From a virus (Duplodnaviria > Heunggongvirae > Uroviricota > Caudoviricetes): a stretch of 64,000 bases of DNA. The translations under genes and the position numbers were made by a program. The stretch lies in IMG/VR virus record IMGVR_UViG_3300034283_001314, one strand, 5' to 3'. The number at the start of each line of letters is the position of its first letter. Position 1 is the first letter of the stretch. Shown here piece by piece: positions 39,792 to 48,547 of the stretch. Below the pieces are notes generated by a model, which was not told where the DNA came from, ran no database searches, and saw nothing but the letters and a program-made list of their open reading frames with translations.

Positions 39792-39864
39792 AGTTTCATA
39801 GTGAAATGGATTATCACACAACACTACGAATGTTGGATTGTGGGTTCGAATCCTACTGAAACTA
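39792..39864 (+). tRNA. tRNA-Arg(ACG)
   Basis: caaca-ctACGaa-tgttg. Confidence 0.88.
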
Positions 39865-39870
39865 CAATAA

Positions 39871-39941
39871 GGTGAGTTGTCCGAGTGGCTAGGGGGAGGT
39901 CTGCAAAACCTCTTACATTGGTTCGAATCCAATACACACCT
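39871..39941 (+). tRNA. tRNA-Cys(GCA)
   Basis: gaggt-ctGCAaa-acctc; U73. Confidence 0.88.
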
Positions 39942-39948
39942 CGAAAAT

Positions 39949-40020
39949 GTTGAGCGTAGCCTAATGGTAGGGCAAAAGTTTGTGGCACTTTGTGTGTGGG
40001 TTCGATTCCCATCGTTCAAC
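39949..40020 (+). tRNA. tRNA-His(GTG) with encoded G-1 and C73
   Basis: aaagt-ttGTGgc-acttt. Confidence 0.88.
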
Positions 40021-40025
40021 CAATC

Positions 40026-40110
40026 GGAAAGATGGGTGAGGGATTTAAACCAGCAGTTTACTAAACTGCCGACTGTTAAAGGTCCGTGAGTTCGAATCTC
40101 ACTCTTTCCG
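40026..40110 (+). tRNA. tRNA-Ser with unusual ACT anticodon
   Basis: gcagt-ttACTaa-actgc; long variable arm; G73. Confidence 0.85.
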
Positions 40111-40117
40111 CATAAAT

Positions 40118-40192
40118 ACCGGTATGGCGGAATTGGCATACGCAGTGGTCTTAGAAGCCATACAATTATAGGTTCGAATCCTATTACCGGTA
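40118..40192 (+). tRNA. tRNA-Leu(TAG) with short variable region
   Basis: gtggt-ctTAGaa-gccat; 75 nt. Confidence 0.8.
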
Positions 40193-40250
40193 CAAAATGT
40201 ACTTTTTTTCGATTTTATCAAAAGTCCCAAAATTTTTTTGAGGGAAATTT

Positions 40251-40282
40251 TTTGGTATATAGGAAAAATTAGTGTATCTTTA
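40251..40282 (+). promoter_or_regulatory. Bacteroidota-type promoter for the second tRNA block
   Basis: TTTG-N20-TATCTTTA. Confidence 0.65.
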
Positions 40283-40400
40283 AGATATAAGGTTGATTGG
40301 GAAACTAAATAGGAAACTATGGCGTGAGGAGGGTAAAATCCAAAGTAATGCCAATCATAAAAGTAGTCGTCCACGCACCCATCTTCTACTTTCCTTAAAT

Positions 40401-40472
40401 GCTCAGTTCGACTAAGGGTTAGGTCACATCCCTTTCACGGATGTAATACGGGTTCGAATCCCGTACTGAGTA
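40401..40472 (+). tRNA. tRNA-Glu(TTC)
   Basis: catcc-ctTTCac-ggatg. Confidence 0.9.
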
Positions 40473-40477
40473 CAATA

Positions 40478-40550
40478 GCCCGAGTAGCTCAGCTGGTAGA
40501 GCAACTGATTTGTAATCAGTAGGTCGTAAGTTCGATTCTTATCTTGGGCT
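40478..40550 (+). tRNA. tRNA-Thr(TGT)
   Basis: actga-ttTGTaa-tcagt. Confidence 0.9.
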
Positions 40551-40624
40551 CAAAAAGTTCCGAGCTTTGCAAGGCTAAAGTAATGATGTACACATTACAC
40601 GATAGGAAGGGAAACCTATCAAAA

Positions 40625-40698
40625 GGAGTGGTAGTTCAGTTGGTTAGAATGCTGCCCTGTCACGGCAGAGGTCGCGGGTTCGAATCCCGTCCACTCCG
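40625..40698 (+). tRNA. tRNA-Asp(GTC)
   Basis: ctgcc-ctGTCac-ggcag. Confidence 0.92.
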
Positions 40699-40703
40699 CA
40701 ATC

Positions 40704-40775
40704 GGTCTGTTAGTTAAATGGATATAACTTCTCACTTCTAATGAGATGTTCGTGGTTCGATTCCACGACGGACTA
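40704..40775 (+). tRNA. tRNA-Arg(TCT)
   Basis: tctca-ctTCTaa-tgaga. Confidence 0.88.
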
Positions 40776-40827
40776 CGTGGGTTTCGGTGATGAAGCCATA
40801 AAGAGAGATAGATGTTTCTCATTCACT

Positions 40828-40864
40828 AAAATAGGTAGGTGATTCCACACCTGCTTATTTTTTT
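40828..40864 (+). terminator. Intrinsic terminator
   Basis: aaaataggtaggtg-attcca-cacctgcttatttttt. Confidence 0.7.
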
Positions 40865-40867
40865 ATT

Positions 40868-40941
40868 GGGAATGTAGCTCAGTTGGTTAGAGCAAATGAC
40901 TCATAATCATTAGGTCTTTGGTTCGAACCCAGACTTTCCCA
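40868..40941 (+). tRNA. tRNA with CAT anticodon (elongator Met or lysidine-modified Ile2; not resolved)
   Basis: aatga-ctCATaa-tcatt. Confidence 0.85.
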
Positions 40942-40948
40942 CAAAGTA

Positions 40949-40980
40949 TTTGGTAAATAAATTTATTTTTTGTATATTTA
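40949..40980 (+). promoter_or_regulatory. Bacteroidota-type promoter
   Basis: TTTG-N20-TATATTTA. Confidence 0.6.
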
Positions 40981-40987
40981 AGATACA

Positions 40988-41143
40988 ATGGAAATTACAA
41001 AAGAAAATATTAGTAAATTAATTGGAAAAGAAGTTTCCGGTTATGTCTATACAAAAGATAAAAAGACTGGGGTAACAATTATTAAAGTAAATCCATCTAT
41101 AAAAGAAGAATCTATAAAAATTAAAATAAAAATTAAAAATTAA
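40988..41143 (+). CDS. Small hypothetical protein (51 aa)
   Basis: MEITKENISKLIGKEVSGYVYTKDKKTG...; directly after a promoter. Confidence 0.4.
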   Translation: MEITKENISKLIGKEVSGYVYTKDKKTGVTIIKVNPSIKEESIKIKIKIKN

Positions 41144-41148
41144 AAGTT

Positions 41149-41406
41149 ATGTTTTGGACCTATTACGCAATTTGTGTTATTTATTGTTTCTATCAACTAT
41201 TCACAAAATATCAAGAAAGATATAATGATGGTATGATTGGATTATCACCGGGATTGGATGCAATTATGGTAGTGATTATGGCTTGGATTCTTGCACCTGT
41301 TGATGTATCTTTAACTTGGATTCGTTGGTATAAAGATGCAGAGGAAGCAAGAAGAAATCAAAGTAAATTTGATATTAAAATAGATAAAGACGATAATATA
41401 TTTTAA
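41149..41406 (+). CDS. Small membrane protein
   Basis: ORF track; two hydrophobic segments. Confidence 0.6.
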   Translation: MFWTYYAICVIYCFYQLFTKYQERYNDGMIGLSPGLDAIMVVIMAWILAPVDVSLTWIRWYKDAEEARRNQSKFDIKIDKDDNIF

Positions 41407-41414
41407 TATTAAAG

Positions 41415-41499
41415 AGAGAGTTGGCCGAGTGGTTGATGGCACCAGTCTTGAAAACTGGCAAGTGTAACAGCTTCTGGGGTTCGAATCCCTAACTCTCTG
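41415..41499 (+). tRNA. tRNA-Ser(TGA)
   Basis: ccagt-ctTGAaa-actgg; long variable arm. Confidence 0.9.
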
Positions 41500-41511
41500 C
41501 AAAAATAAAAT

Positions 41512-42537
41512 ATGAAGTTCTTAATTACATCAGGTTGTTCATTTACATCAGCACATAGAGTTAATTATCATAGAAAAGATGATGAGTTCTTAAAAGATGA
41601 ACCTAAATTTTGGTATTATACACATTGGATTCAGAAAAACAAACCTGAATTGAAAATTTATAATATGGGTAGTCCTGGTAATAACAACTCAATCATAGCT
41701 CGTTCTGCAATTTACAAAGCAAAACAATTAATTAAAGAGGGTGTTCCTTCAAACGAAATCGGTATAATCATCCAATGGTCATCTTATTTTAGACGTTCGC
41801 ATTTTATTTCAAATGATATAAAAGAATTTATTCCATTTGATGAACATAAAGATTATGTAAACGATTATTTAAGAGAAAAAATAGAACCAGGTGAAAATGG
41901 GTATTGGATGAATTTAGCAATACCAGATATGAAATATTCATCAATGGAAAAAGATAATAAGAGAATGTTTAAATACAATCAATCTTATTTAGAAACACTT
42001 TATAATGATGAAAGTAGATATTTTGAATGGTTAGAATATTTTGATTATATTATTAATTTTTGTAAGGCAAATGATATTCAATTAAAATGTTTCTTTATGC
42101 ATAATTCATTTTCAGCACAATATGATTATGGATTAATGCCAGGAAATTATAATGATGGTAATGCAATGATTAAAGGTATATTTGATGATAAAAATATATT
42201 TAATACATGGAATGAAACTCGATATAGAATCGACAATTATCCATATACAAAATATCTTTATAATTCAATAGATTGGGATAAATATTGTTGGTTCTTTAAT
42301 GAAGATGGATTACATAAAATGGGTGGTGTATTTGAATGGACAATTAGAAATCAGGTAAAAAGTAGTGATGAAAATTTCAATCCATTATTTATGGAATATG
42401 AAGATTTTGGTTCACAATCTAAATTAGAAGATGCAATTATAAATGGTAAAATGGGATGGACAGGACACGTTAGTAGTTGTAATTACAAAAAGTTTACAGA
42501 AGAAGTTATTTTAAAATGGGACATGTTCCAAAAATAG
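41512..42537 (+). CDS. SGNH-fold-like protein
   Basis: SGCSFT, GSPGNNN, IIQWS..R, late GH. Confidence 0.55.
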   Translation: MKFLITSGCSFTSAHRVNYHRKDDEFLKDEPKFWYYTHWIQKNKPELKIYNMGSPGNNNSIIARSAIYKAKQLIKEGVPSNEIGIIIQWSSYFRRSHFISNDIKEFIPFDEHKDYVNDYLREKIEPGENGYWMNLAIPDMKYSSMEKDNKRMFKYNQSYLETLYNDESRYFEWLEYFDYIINFCKANDIQLKCFFMHNSFSAQYDYGLMPGNYNDGNAMIKGIFDDKNIFNTWNETRYRIDNYPYTKYLYNSIDWDKYCWFFNEDGLHKMGGVFEWTIRNQVKSSDENFNPLFMEYEDFGSQSKLEDAIINGKMGWTGHVSSCNYKKFTEEVILKWDMFQK

Positions 42538-42546
42538 TGTATATTT

Positions 42547-43113
42547 ATGAGTATGAGAATTAAATTATTTGTTGCATTACCAAGTGAATTTCCAAAAGAA
42601 AAAGCACCTTTAGGAGTAGATGTTATTTATACCGGAGTTGGTAAAATAAATGCAGCAATTAAAGCAACTGAAATACTTAAGGAATTATCACCATCAGAAA
42701 CCATAGTTATTAATTATGGAAGTGCAGGTGGGCATATTAGTATGATAAATAATTTGTTCAAATGTAAAAATTTTGTACAAAGAGATATGGATGCCAGACC
42801 ATTTGCTAAAAAAACAATTACTCCATTTGATGAAGTTGTTTGGAATAAATTACATTTAGTAAATGATTCTATTGATTTTAATGGATTAGGATACCATACA
42901 TGTCATACACAAGATCGGTTTGAACAATCACCGAATAGAATTTCCGATATGGAAGCATATTCAATAGCAAAAGTATGTAAAATTTACGGATTTGATTTTA
43001 CAGCATATAAATTTATATCAGATGATGGTAATCATGAGGATTGGACAAAAAATCACAATAAAGGAATTGAACTATTTTTACAACAATTAAAAGATGATTT
43101 TAAAATATCGTGA
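42547..43113 (+). CDS. MTA/SAH nucleosidase-like (PNP/UDP phosphorylase family)
   Basis: TGVGKINAA, INYGSAG, QRDMD, DMEAYSIA, KFISD. Confidence 0.8.
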   Translation: MSMRIKLFVALPSEFPKEKAPLGVDVIYTGVGKINAAIKATEILKELSPSETIVINYGSAGGHISMINNLFKCKNFVQRDMDARPFAKKTITPFDEVVWNKLHLVNDSIDFNGLGYHTCHTQDRFEQSPNRISDMEAYSIAKVCKIYGFDFTAYKFISDDGNHEDWTKNHNKGIELFLQQLKDDFKIS

Positions 43114-43640
43114 TAAAATTAAAAAAATTATTAAAAGAGATAGAAAGTGGCCCTTATGAATATGGGTGTGTAATGTTATATTTTGATTTTGAAGAAACTT
43201 TTATAACAAAAGCAATATCCGATTCTGATTTATATGATGATGGTAGTGGTAAGTATGGAAAAGAAACTGAACCACATGTAACCCTATTGTATGGGTTACA
43301 TTCTAATGTCACTCCACAAATTATTCAACAAATCTTAGATACAATTCATTTTGGAGATATAACTTTAAATAATATTTCTTATTTCACTAATGCAGATTAT
43401 GATGTATTAAAGATGGATGCAAGTGGTGACGGGTTAGAAAAAGCTCACGCAATTTTAAGTAAATTACCAAACTCAAATGAGTATGATGAATACTATCCAC
43501 ATATGACAATTGCATATTTACAAAAAAATAAGTGGCAAAAATATATTCCAAAATTACAAAGTTTCACAACAACGGTAACACCACTATTCGCAATTTATTC
43601 AGTTCCGAGTGGTAAAAAATACAAATTAAAGATAAAATAA
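43110..43640 (+). CDS. 2H phosphoesterase (Acb1/T4 gp57B-like)
   Basis: Two HxT motifs: EPHVTLLYG and YYPHMTIAY. Confidence 0.75.
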   Translation: MIKLKKLLKEIESGPYEYGCVMLYFDFEETFITKAISDSDLYDDGSGKYGKETEPHVTLLYGLHSNVTPQIIQQILDTIHFGDITLNNISYFTNADYDVLKMDASGDGLEKAHAILSKLPNSNEYDEYYPHMTIAYLQKNKWQKYIPKLQSFTTTVTPLFAIYSVPSGKKYKLKIK

Positions 43641-43641
43641 T

Positions 43642-43672
43642 TTTGTAATCTAAGAGTTATTCGTTATCTTTA
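43642..43672 (+). promoter_or_regulatory. Bacteroidota-type promoter for PolB
   Basis: TTTG-N19-TATCTTTA. Confidence 0.6.
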
Positions 43673-43678
43673 GATCAT

Positions 43679-46204
43679 ATGTATCAAAACGTCTATTTAC
43701 AAAAAGGAAAAGATTTAGTTCATCTTTGGGATGATAAATTAGGTTATCAAACATTCCCTTACAAAACATTTAATTACGCCTACGCACCGGCAGAAAGAGG
43801 TCAATCAACTGCATTAGATGGTACGAAAGTAACTAAAATCTATGAGTTTGAAAAGGATGATCCGGCATATTACGAAACGGATGTACCAGAAACAACACGT
43901 ATCTTAGTAGATTTATATTCAGAAAGTGATTTACCATCGGAAGGACATGTGGTGATGACATTTGATATTGAGGTAGAAATGGAAACAGGTCTGCCTGATA
44001 CCGATAAAGCTGAGAATGAGATTACGGCAATAGCAATGCACGATGGGGCAACGGATACTTACTACGCATTGATTTTAGATAAAGGTGGTAAGTTACAATC
44101 AACAATCAAAAAAGATAATAGAATTATTAAAGCATTCAAAACCGAAAGGGAAATGTTGAATGCCTTCTTAACTATTTACGAATACATACATCCAACAATA
44201 TTAACAGGTTGGAATGTAGATGCATTTGATATTCCGTACTTATTCAATCGTTTGGCAAATGTATTGGGTAAGCAAAACGCATATAGATTATCACCGATTA
44301 GAGATGGTTTCTATTCACCTTACCGAAAGAAGTGGAGTTTTGCAGGTGTATCTATTTTGGATTACATTACATTATATAAAAAGTTTACTTATTCATTAAT
44401 GCCTTCATACGCATTGAACTATATTGCAAAGCAGGAATTGAGTAGAACAAAATTAGAATACGAAGGAAGTTTGGATGATTTATTCAGAGATGATATTGAG
44501 AAGTTTATTGAGTACAATATTATTGACGTTGAGTTAGTTGTTGAGTTTGATAAAAAATTACAATACATTGACTTGTGTCGAGGTATTTGTCACGCCGGAC
44601 ATGTACCATATGAGGATTATTGTTTCTCATCAAAATATTTAGAGGGAGCATGTTTGAACTACTTAAAGAAAAGAAATTTAGTAGCACCGAACAAACCAGC
44701 AGATAGAAGGGAGCAAATGGAGGCTTTGAAGGAAAGTGGTGAGCAGGGTTTCATTGGAGCATATGTAAAAGATCCAATACCAGGTAAATACGATTGGTTA
44801 TATGATTTGGATTTAACATCACTATATCCATCAATCATTATGAGTTTGAATATCAGTCCTGAAACAAAGGTGGGTAAGATTGCAAACTTTGATGCAGAGG
44901 CATTTGTTAAGGGTGATTATAGAGTATGGAATATAGAACATACAGCTCTTAACTATACTACCGAAGAATTGAGAAAAGAATTGAATGAGGAGAATTTATC
45001 TATATCATCTAATGGGGTATTGTACACACAAGAGAAAGTAGGATTGATTGCAGATATCCTAAATGAGTGGTTCTCTCAACGTGTGGAGTTTCGTAAGTTA
45101 GAGAAAAAATATGGTAAAGAAGGTGATAAAGCAAAGCACGCATTCTACGCAAAAAGACAGTTAGTACAAAAAATCTTATTGAACTCTTTATATGGAGTAT
45201 TAGGATTACCTGCATTCCGTTTTTATGATGTGGATAATGCAGCAGCCGTAACTACAACAGGTCAGACGGTAATTAAGAATACAGCAAAGATGGTAAACAT
45301 TAAGTACAATAAGGAGTTGAGTACGAATGAAGATTACAACATTTACATTGATACGGATTCAGTATTCTTTTCAGCATTACCATTAGTTAAACATAGGTTT
45401 CCAAATTGGGCAGAGTTTGATGATGCAGCAATGACAGAAAAGATTGATGAGATAGCAGGTGAAGTACAAGATTTCTTAAATAAGTTCTATGATATGATGT
45501 CGGATAAGTTCTTTAACATTAAGAAACACAGATTTGAAATTAAGAAAGAGTATATCAGTAAGGCAGGTATTTGGATTGCAAAGAAACGATATGCACAATG
45601 GATAGTTGCAGCGAATGGTTTACCGATGGATAAATTGGATGTAAAAGGTTTAGATGTAGTTCGTTCATCATTCCCCAAAGCATTTCAAGATTTTATGGCT
45701 AGAATGTTAAGAGATATTCTACAAGGTAAATCGAATGATGCAGTAGATACTGAATTAAGAGATTTCAAATTATCATTAGCGGGATTAGATGTGGCACTTA
45801 TTGCAAAAGGTGGAGCAGTAAAAGAGATTAGTAAGTATGATAAAGGGGGTAAGAATAAGATATTAGGAGATTTTGAGAAAGGAACGCCTGCACACATTAA
45901 AGCAGGTATAACTTACAATAGATTACTTAAACACTTTAATTGCCCTTTCAAATATGAACCAATGAAAAATGGTGATAAGATTAAGTGGGTATATCTAAAA
46001 CAAAATCCATTGAGTTTAGAAACAGCGGCATTCAAAGGTTATCAAGACCCTCCTGAAATAATGGAATTTATCCAAAAGTATATTGATGTGGATAAGATAT
46101 TTGAAGCAGAATTAGAAAACAAAATGGATGATTTCTATAATGCATTAGGTTGGGAAAAATCATCATTCAGTTCAAAGAAATTAGAGGAATTTTTCTCCTT
46201 TTAA
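43679..46204 (+). CDS. Family B DNA polymerase
   Basis: FDIEV, GWNVDAFDIPY, YNIIDV, DLDLTSLYPSII, KILLNSLYG, YIDTDS, KKRY. Confidence 0.95.
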   Translation: MYQNVYLQKGKDLVHLWDDKLGYQTFPYKTFNYAYAPAERGQSTALDGTKVTKIYEFEKDDPAYYETDVPETTRILVDLYSESDLPSEGHVVMTFDIEVEMETGLPDTDKAENEITAIAMHDGATDTYYALILDKGGKLQSTIKKDNRIIKAFKTEREMLNAFLTIYEYIHPTILTGWNVDAFDIPYLFNRLANVLGKQNAYRLSPIRDGFYSPYRKKWSFAGVSILDYITLYKKFTYSLMPSYALNYIAKQELSRTKLEYEGSLDDLFRDDIEKFIEYNIIDVELVVEFDKKLQYIDLCRGICHAGHVPYEDYCFSSKYLEGACLNYLKKRNLVAPNKPADRREQMEALKESGEQGFIGAYVKDPIPGKYDWLYDLDLTSLYPSIIMSLNISPETKVGKIANFDAEAFVKGDYRVWNIEHTALNYTTEELRKELNEENLSISSNGVLYTQEKVGLIADILNEWFSQRVEFRKLEKKYGKEGDKAKHAFYAKRQLVQKILLNSLYGVLGLPAFRFYDVDNAAAVTTTGQTVIKNTAKMVNIKYNKELSTNEDYNIYIDTDSVFFSALPLVKHRFPNWAEFDDAAMTEKIDEIAGEVQDFLNKFYDMMSDKFFNIKKHRFEIKKEYISKAGIWIAKKRYAQWIVAANGLPMDKLDVKGLDVVRSSFPKAFQDFMARMLRDILQGKSNDAVDTELRDFKLSLAGLDVALIAKGGAVKEISKYDKGGKNKILGDFEKGTPAHIKAGITYNRLLKHFNCPFKYEPMKNGDKIKWVYLKQNPLSLETAAFKGYQDPPEIMEFIQKYIDVDKIFEAELENKMDDFYNALGWEKSSFSSKKLEEFFSF

Positions 46205-46205
46205 A

Positions 46206-46237
46206 TTTGGTAGATTGGAAATAAAATCGTATATTAG
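46206..46237 (+). promoter_or_regulatory. Bacteroidota-type promoter (variant)
   Basis: TTTG-N20-TATATTAG. Confidence 0.55.
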
Positions 46238-46259
46238 ACATATAAATAAAACATAAATT

Positions 46260-46979
46260 ATGAACAAAACAAGAATTACACGCTTTATCTCTAAGTATAA
46301 CTTAGCAGGATTAGTTGAATCGGTTTCATGGAATACCGATGGCCAGAAATTATCTACTCGTTTTATCGCAGATGATAAAACAATGTTAGGTGAAATCATT
46401 TTAGATAACTTTACTTTTGAAAATGCAGAGTTGGGTATCTATACAACTTCTAACTTAAACAAAATGTTATCAGTATTAGGTGATGATATTGATTTAGAAG
46501 TTCAAAAAGTAGAAGATAAATCTATTGCATTGGGTTTATCAAGTGATGATACTAAAGCTAGTTATCAATTAGCAGATTTAAGTGTTATCCCAAATGTACC
46601 GGAATTAAAATCATTACCTCCATTTGATATTGAGATTGATTTAGATGGTAAGTTTATTGAGAAGTTTGTAAAAGCTAAAAACGCATTGAGTGATATCGAT
46701 ACATTCACTGTCTTAACTGAAAAAGGTAATTTGAATTTAGTGATTGGTTATTCTAATGTAAACTCAAATAGAATTACTTTCAAAGCAAAAGAAGGATATG
46801 GTGAGGAAGTAAAAGCAATTTCATTCTCAGCAAAGTATTTGAAAGAAATATTAAGTGCTAACAAAGAAGCTACATCAGCAAAACTATTGGTATCAACAAA
46901 AGGTTTAGCTCACATCCAATTCATCATTGATGATTTTGTTTGTAAGTATTATTTAGTTGAAGTTCAGTTATCAGCATAA
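46260..46979 (+). CDS. Sliding clamp (PCNA/gp45-like)
   Basis: 239 aa after PolB; FSAKYLKEIL...GLAHIQF...KYYL resembles the PCNA C-terminus. Confidence 0.7.
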   Translation: MNKTRITRFISKYNLAGLVESVSWNTDGQKLSTRFIADDKTMLGEIILDNFTFENAELGIYTTSNLNKMLSVLGDDIDLEVQKVEDKSIALGLSSDDTKASYQLADLSVIPNVPELKSLPPFDIEIDLDGKFIEKFVKAKNALSDIDTFTVLTEKGNLNLVIGYSNVNSNRITFKAKEGYGEEVKAISFSAKYLKEILSANKEATSAKLLVSTKGLAHIQFIIDDFVCKYYLVEVQLSA

Positions 46980-48544
46980 TGAATTACGAAAAGAAATATT
47001 TTTACGAGAGGAGTGGGTGGTTCTATGATGAACATGTAAATCTTAAATACGAAGAAGTATTAGAGATGTCATTTCCTGATTTTGAGGCATGGGTTGCTAT
47101 GTTCCGTAAGACCGCTAAGGATCAATGGGATGCAACCGGTGCACCTCCTAAAATTGGTGTAGATGAAGCAGATATCATAGAGAACTTTTCTAAATTACAA
47201 GGTTATAGAATTAACAAGTTTGAAGAAAAAGATGATGACGGAAACGAAGTCATCTTTAACTTCAACAAATTTGCAACACCTGTAAATCAATTCTTTCCTG
47301 CAATGTATAAGACTGGTATCGGTGGTAGTACATACGACAAACCAAAACCATCTATTTACGATATATTTACAGATGATACATATCTACCTGAGTTTACAAA
47401 ACAAATGCGAAGATTGACTAGACAAGATGGTATGTATCGTTTCTCTAAAACTCTTCATAAAGATAATGTAGAGTTTCATAATTCACACTTAGCAACTGGT
47501 AAGGAGTGGATTGAGAAATGGCAAAATGGTGATAAAGGAGAGGGATTAGGATTCGCCCTATCACAAGCAGATAGTAGAATTCCATCATTACCAATTTCAG
47601 CTGAAGAAGTAAAAGAGTTATATAAAAGTGGTGTATTGGAATATAAAAATATATCTTCATTAAAAACAGCAGATTGGGGTGAGAATATAGACAACTTAGT
47701 TGATTTACCTAAACAACCAATTCAAATCAGGGTGTACCCATTGGGTCAGAGAATATTTCCTGAAGCAACAGCCGCATTTAGAATTGGTATGGGTTCTCAA
47801 CCAGCGGTAAACTTTCCACCACTAACTGCAAAGTATCTTTATGAAAGGTTTACGAATCATATTAAAGACCAGGATAAAATTAACATATACGACCCTTCGG
47901 CTGGCTGGGGTGGTAGAATATTAGGAGCATTGAGTGTAGGTGATAGAAATATACATTATATAGGAAATGACCCTAATACGGAAAACTATATAGATGAAAT
48001 ACAAAAGAGTAGATACGAATATTTGGCAGAGTTTTTTAATTCACAAGTACCTGGTGTGGCAAATCCGTTTTGGGGACATCAGAATACTTATGAAATTTTT
48101 AGAACAGGTAGTGAGATAATTTCAAATGAACCGGAGTTTCAAAAATACAAAGGTAAGTTAGATTTTGTATTCACTTCACCACCATATTTTGACAGAGAAC
48201 GATATTCAGATGATGATACACAATCATTTAAGAAGTTCAATTCATACGAAAGTTGGAGAGATGGATTTTTAAGACCTACTTTAACAACCGCATTTGAATA
48301 CTTAAGAAATGATAGATATATTTGTTGGAATATTGCAGATATTAAAATAGGAAAAGATAAGTTTTTCCCATTAGAACAAGATAGTATTGATATTCTTACA
48401 GAGTTGGGAATGGAATACAAAGATAAGTTAAGAATGACAATGAGTCCAATGACAGGGGTAGATATGAGTGGTGTGAAGAACTCTATGAAATTAGAGGGAA
48501 CTTCATACAAATACGAACCAATTTTTATATTTTATAAACCATAA
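46979..48544 (+). CDS. Second SAM-dependent amino-methyltransferase
   Basis: YDPSAGWGGRI, FTSPPYFDRERYS. Confidence 0.75.
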   Translation: MNYEKKYFYERSGWFYDEHVNLKYEEVLEMSFPDFEAWVAMFRKTAKDQWDATGAPPKIGVDEADIIENFSKLQGYRINKFEEKDDDGNEVIFNFNKFATPVNQFFPAMYKTGIGGSTYDKPKPSIYDIFTDDTYLPEFTKQMRRLTRQDGMYRFSKTLHKDNVEFHNSHLATGKEWIEKWQNGDKGEGLGFALSQADSRIPSLPISAEEVKELYKSGVLEYKNISSLKTADWGENIDNLVDLPKQPIQIRVYPLGQRIFPEATAAFRIGMGSQPAVNFPPLTAKYLYERFTNHIKDQDKINIYDPSAGWGGRILGALSVGDRNIHYIGNDPNTENYIDEIQKSRYEYLAEFFNSQVPGVANPFWGHQNTYEIFRTGSEIISNEPEFQKYKGKLDFVFTSPPYFDRERYSDDDTQSFKKFNSYESWRDGFLRPTLTTAFEYLRNDRYICWNIADIKIGKDKFFPLEQDSIDILTELGMEYKDKLRMTMSPMTGVDMSGVKNSMKLEGTSYKYEPIFIFYKP

Positions 48545-48547
48545 TAA

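Noticed and set aside
27970-46204. Inteins or introns in RecA, helicase, RNR or PolB
   Set aside because: Lengths are normal and motifs contiguous.
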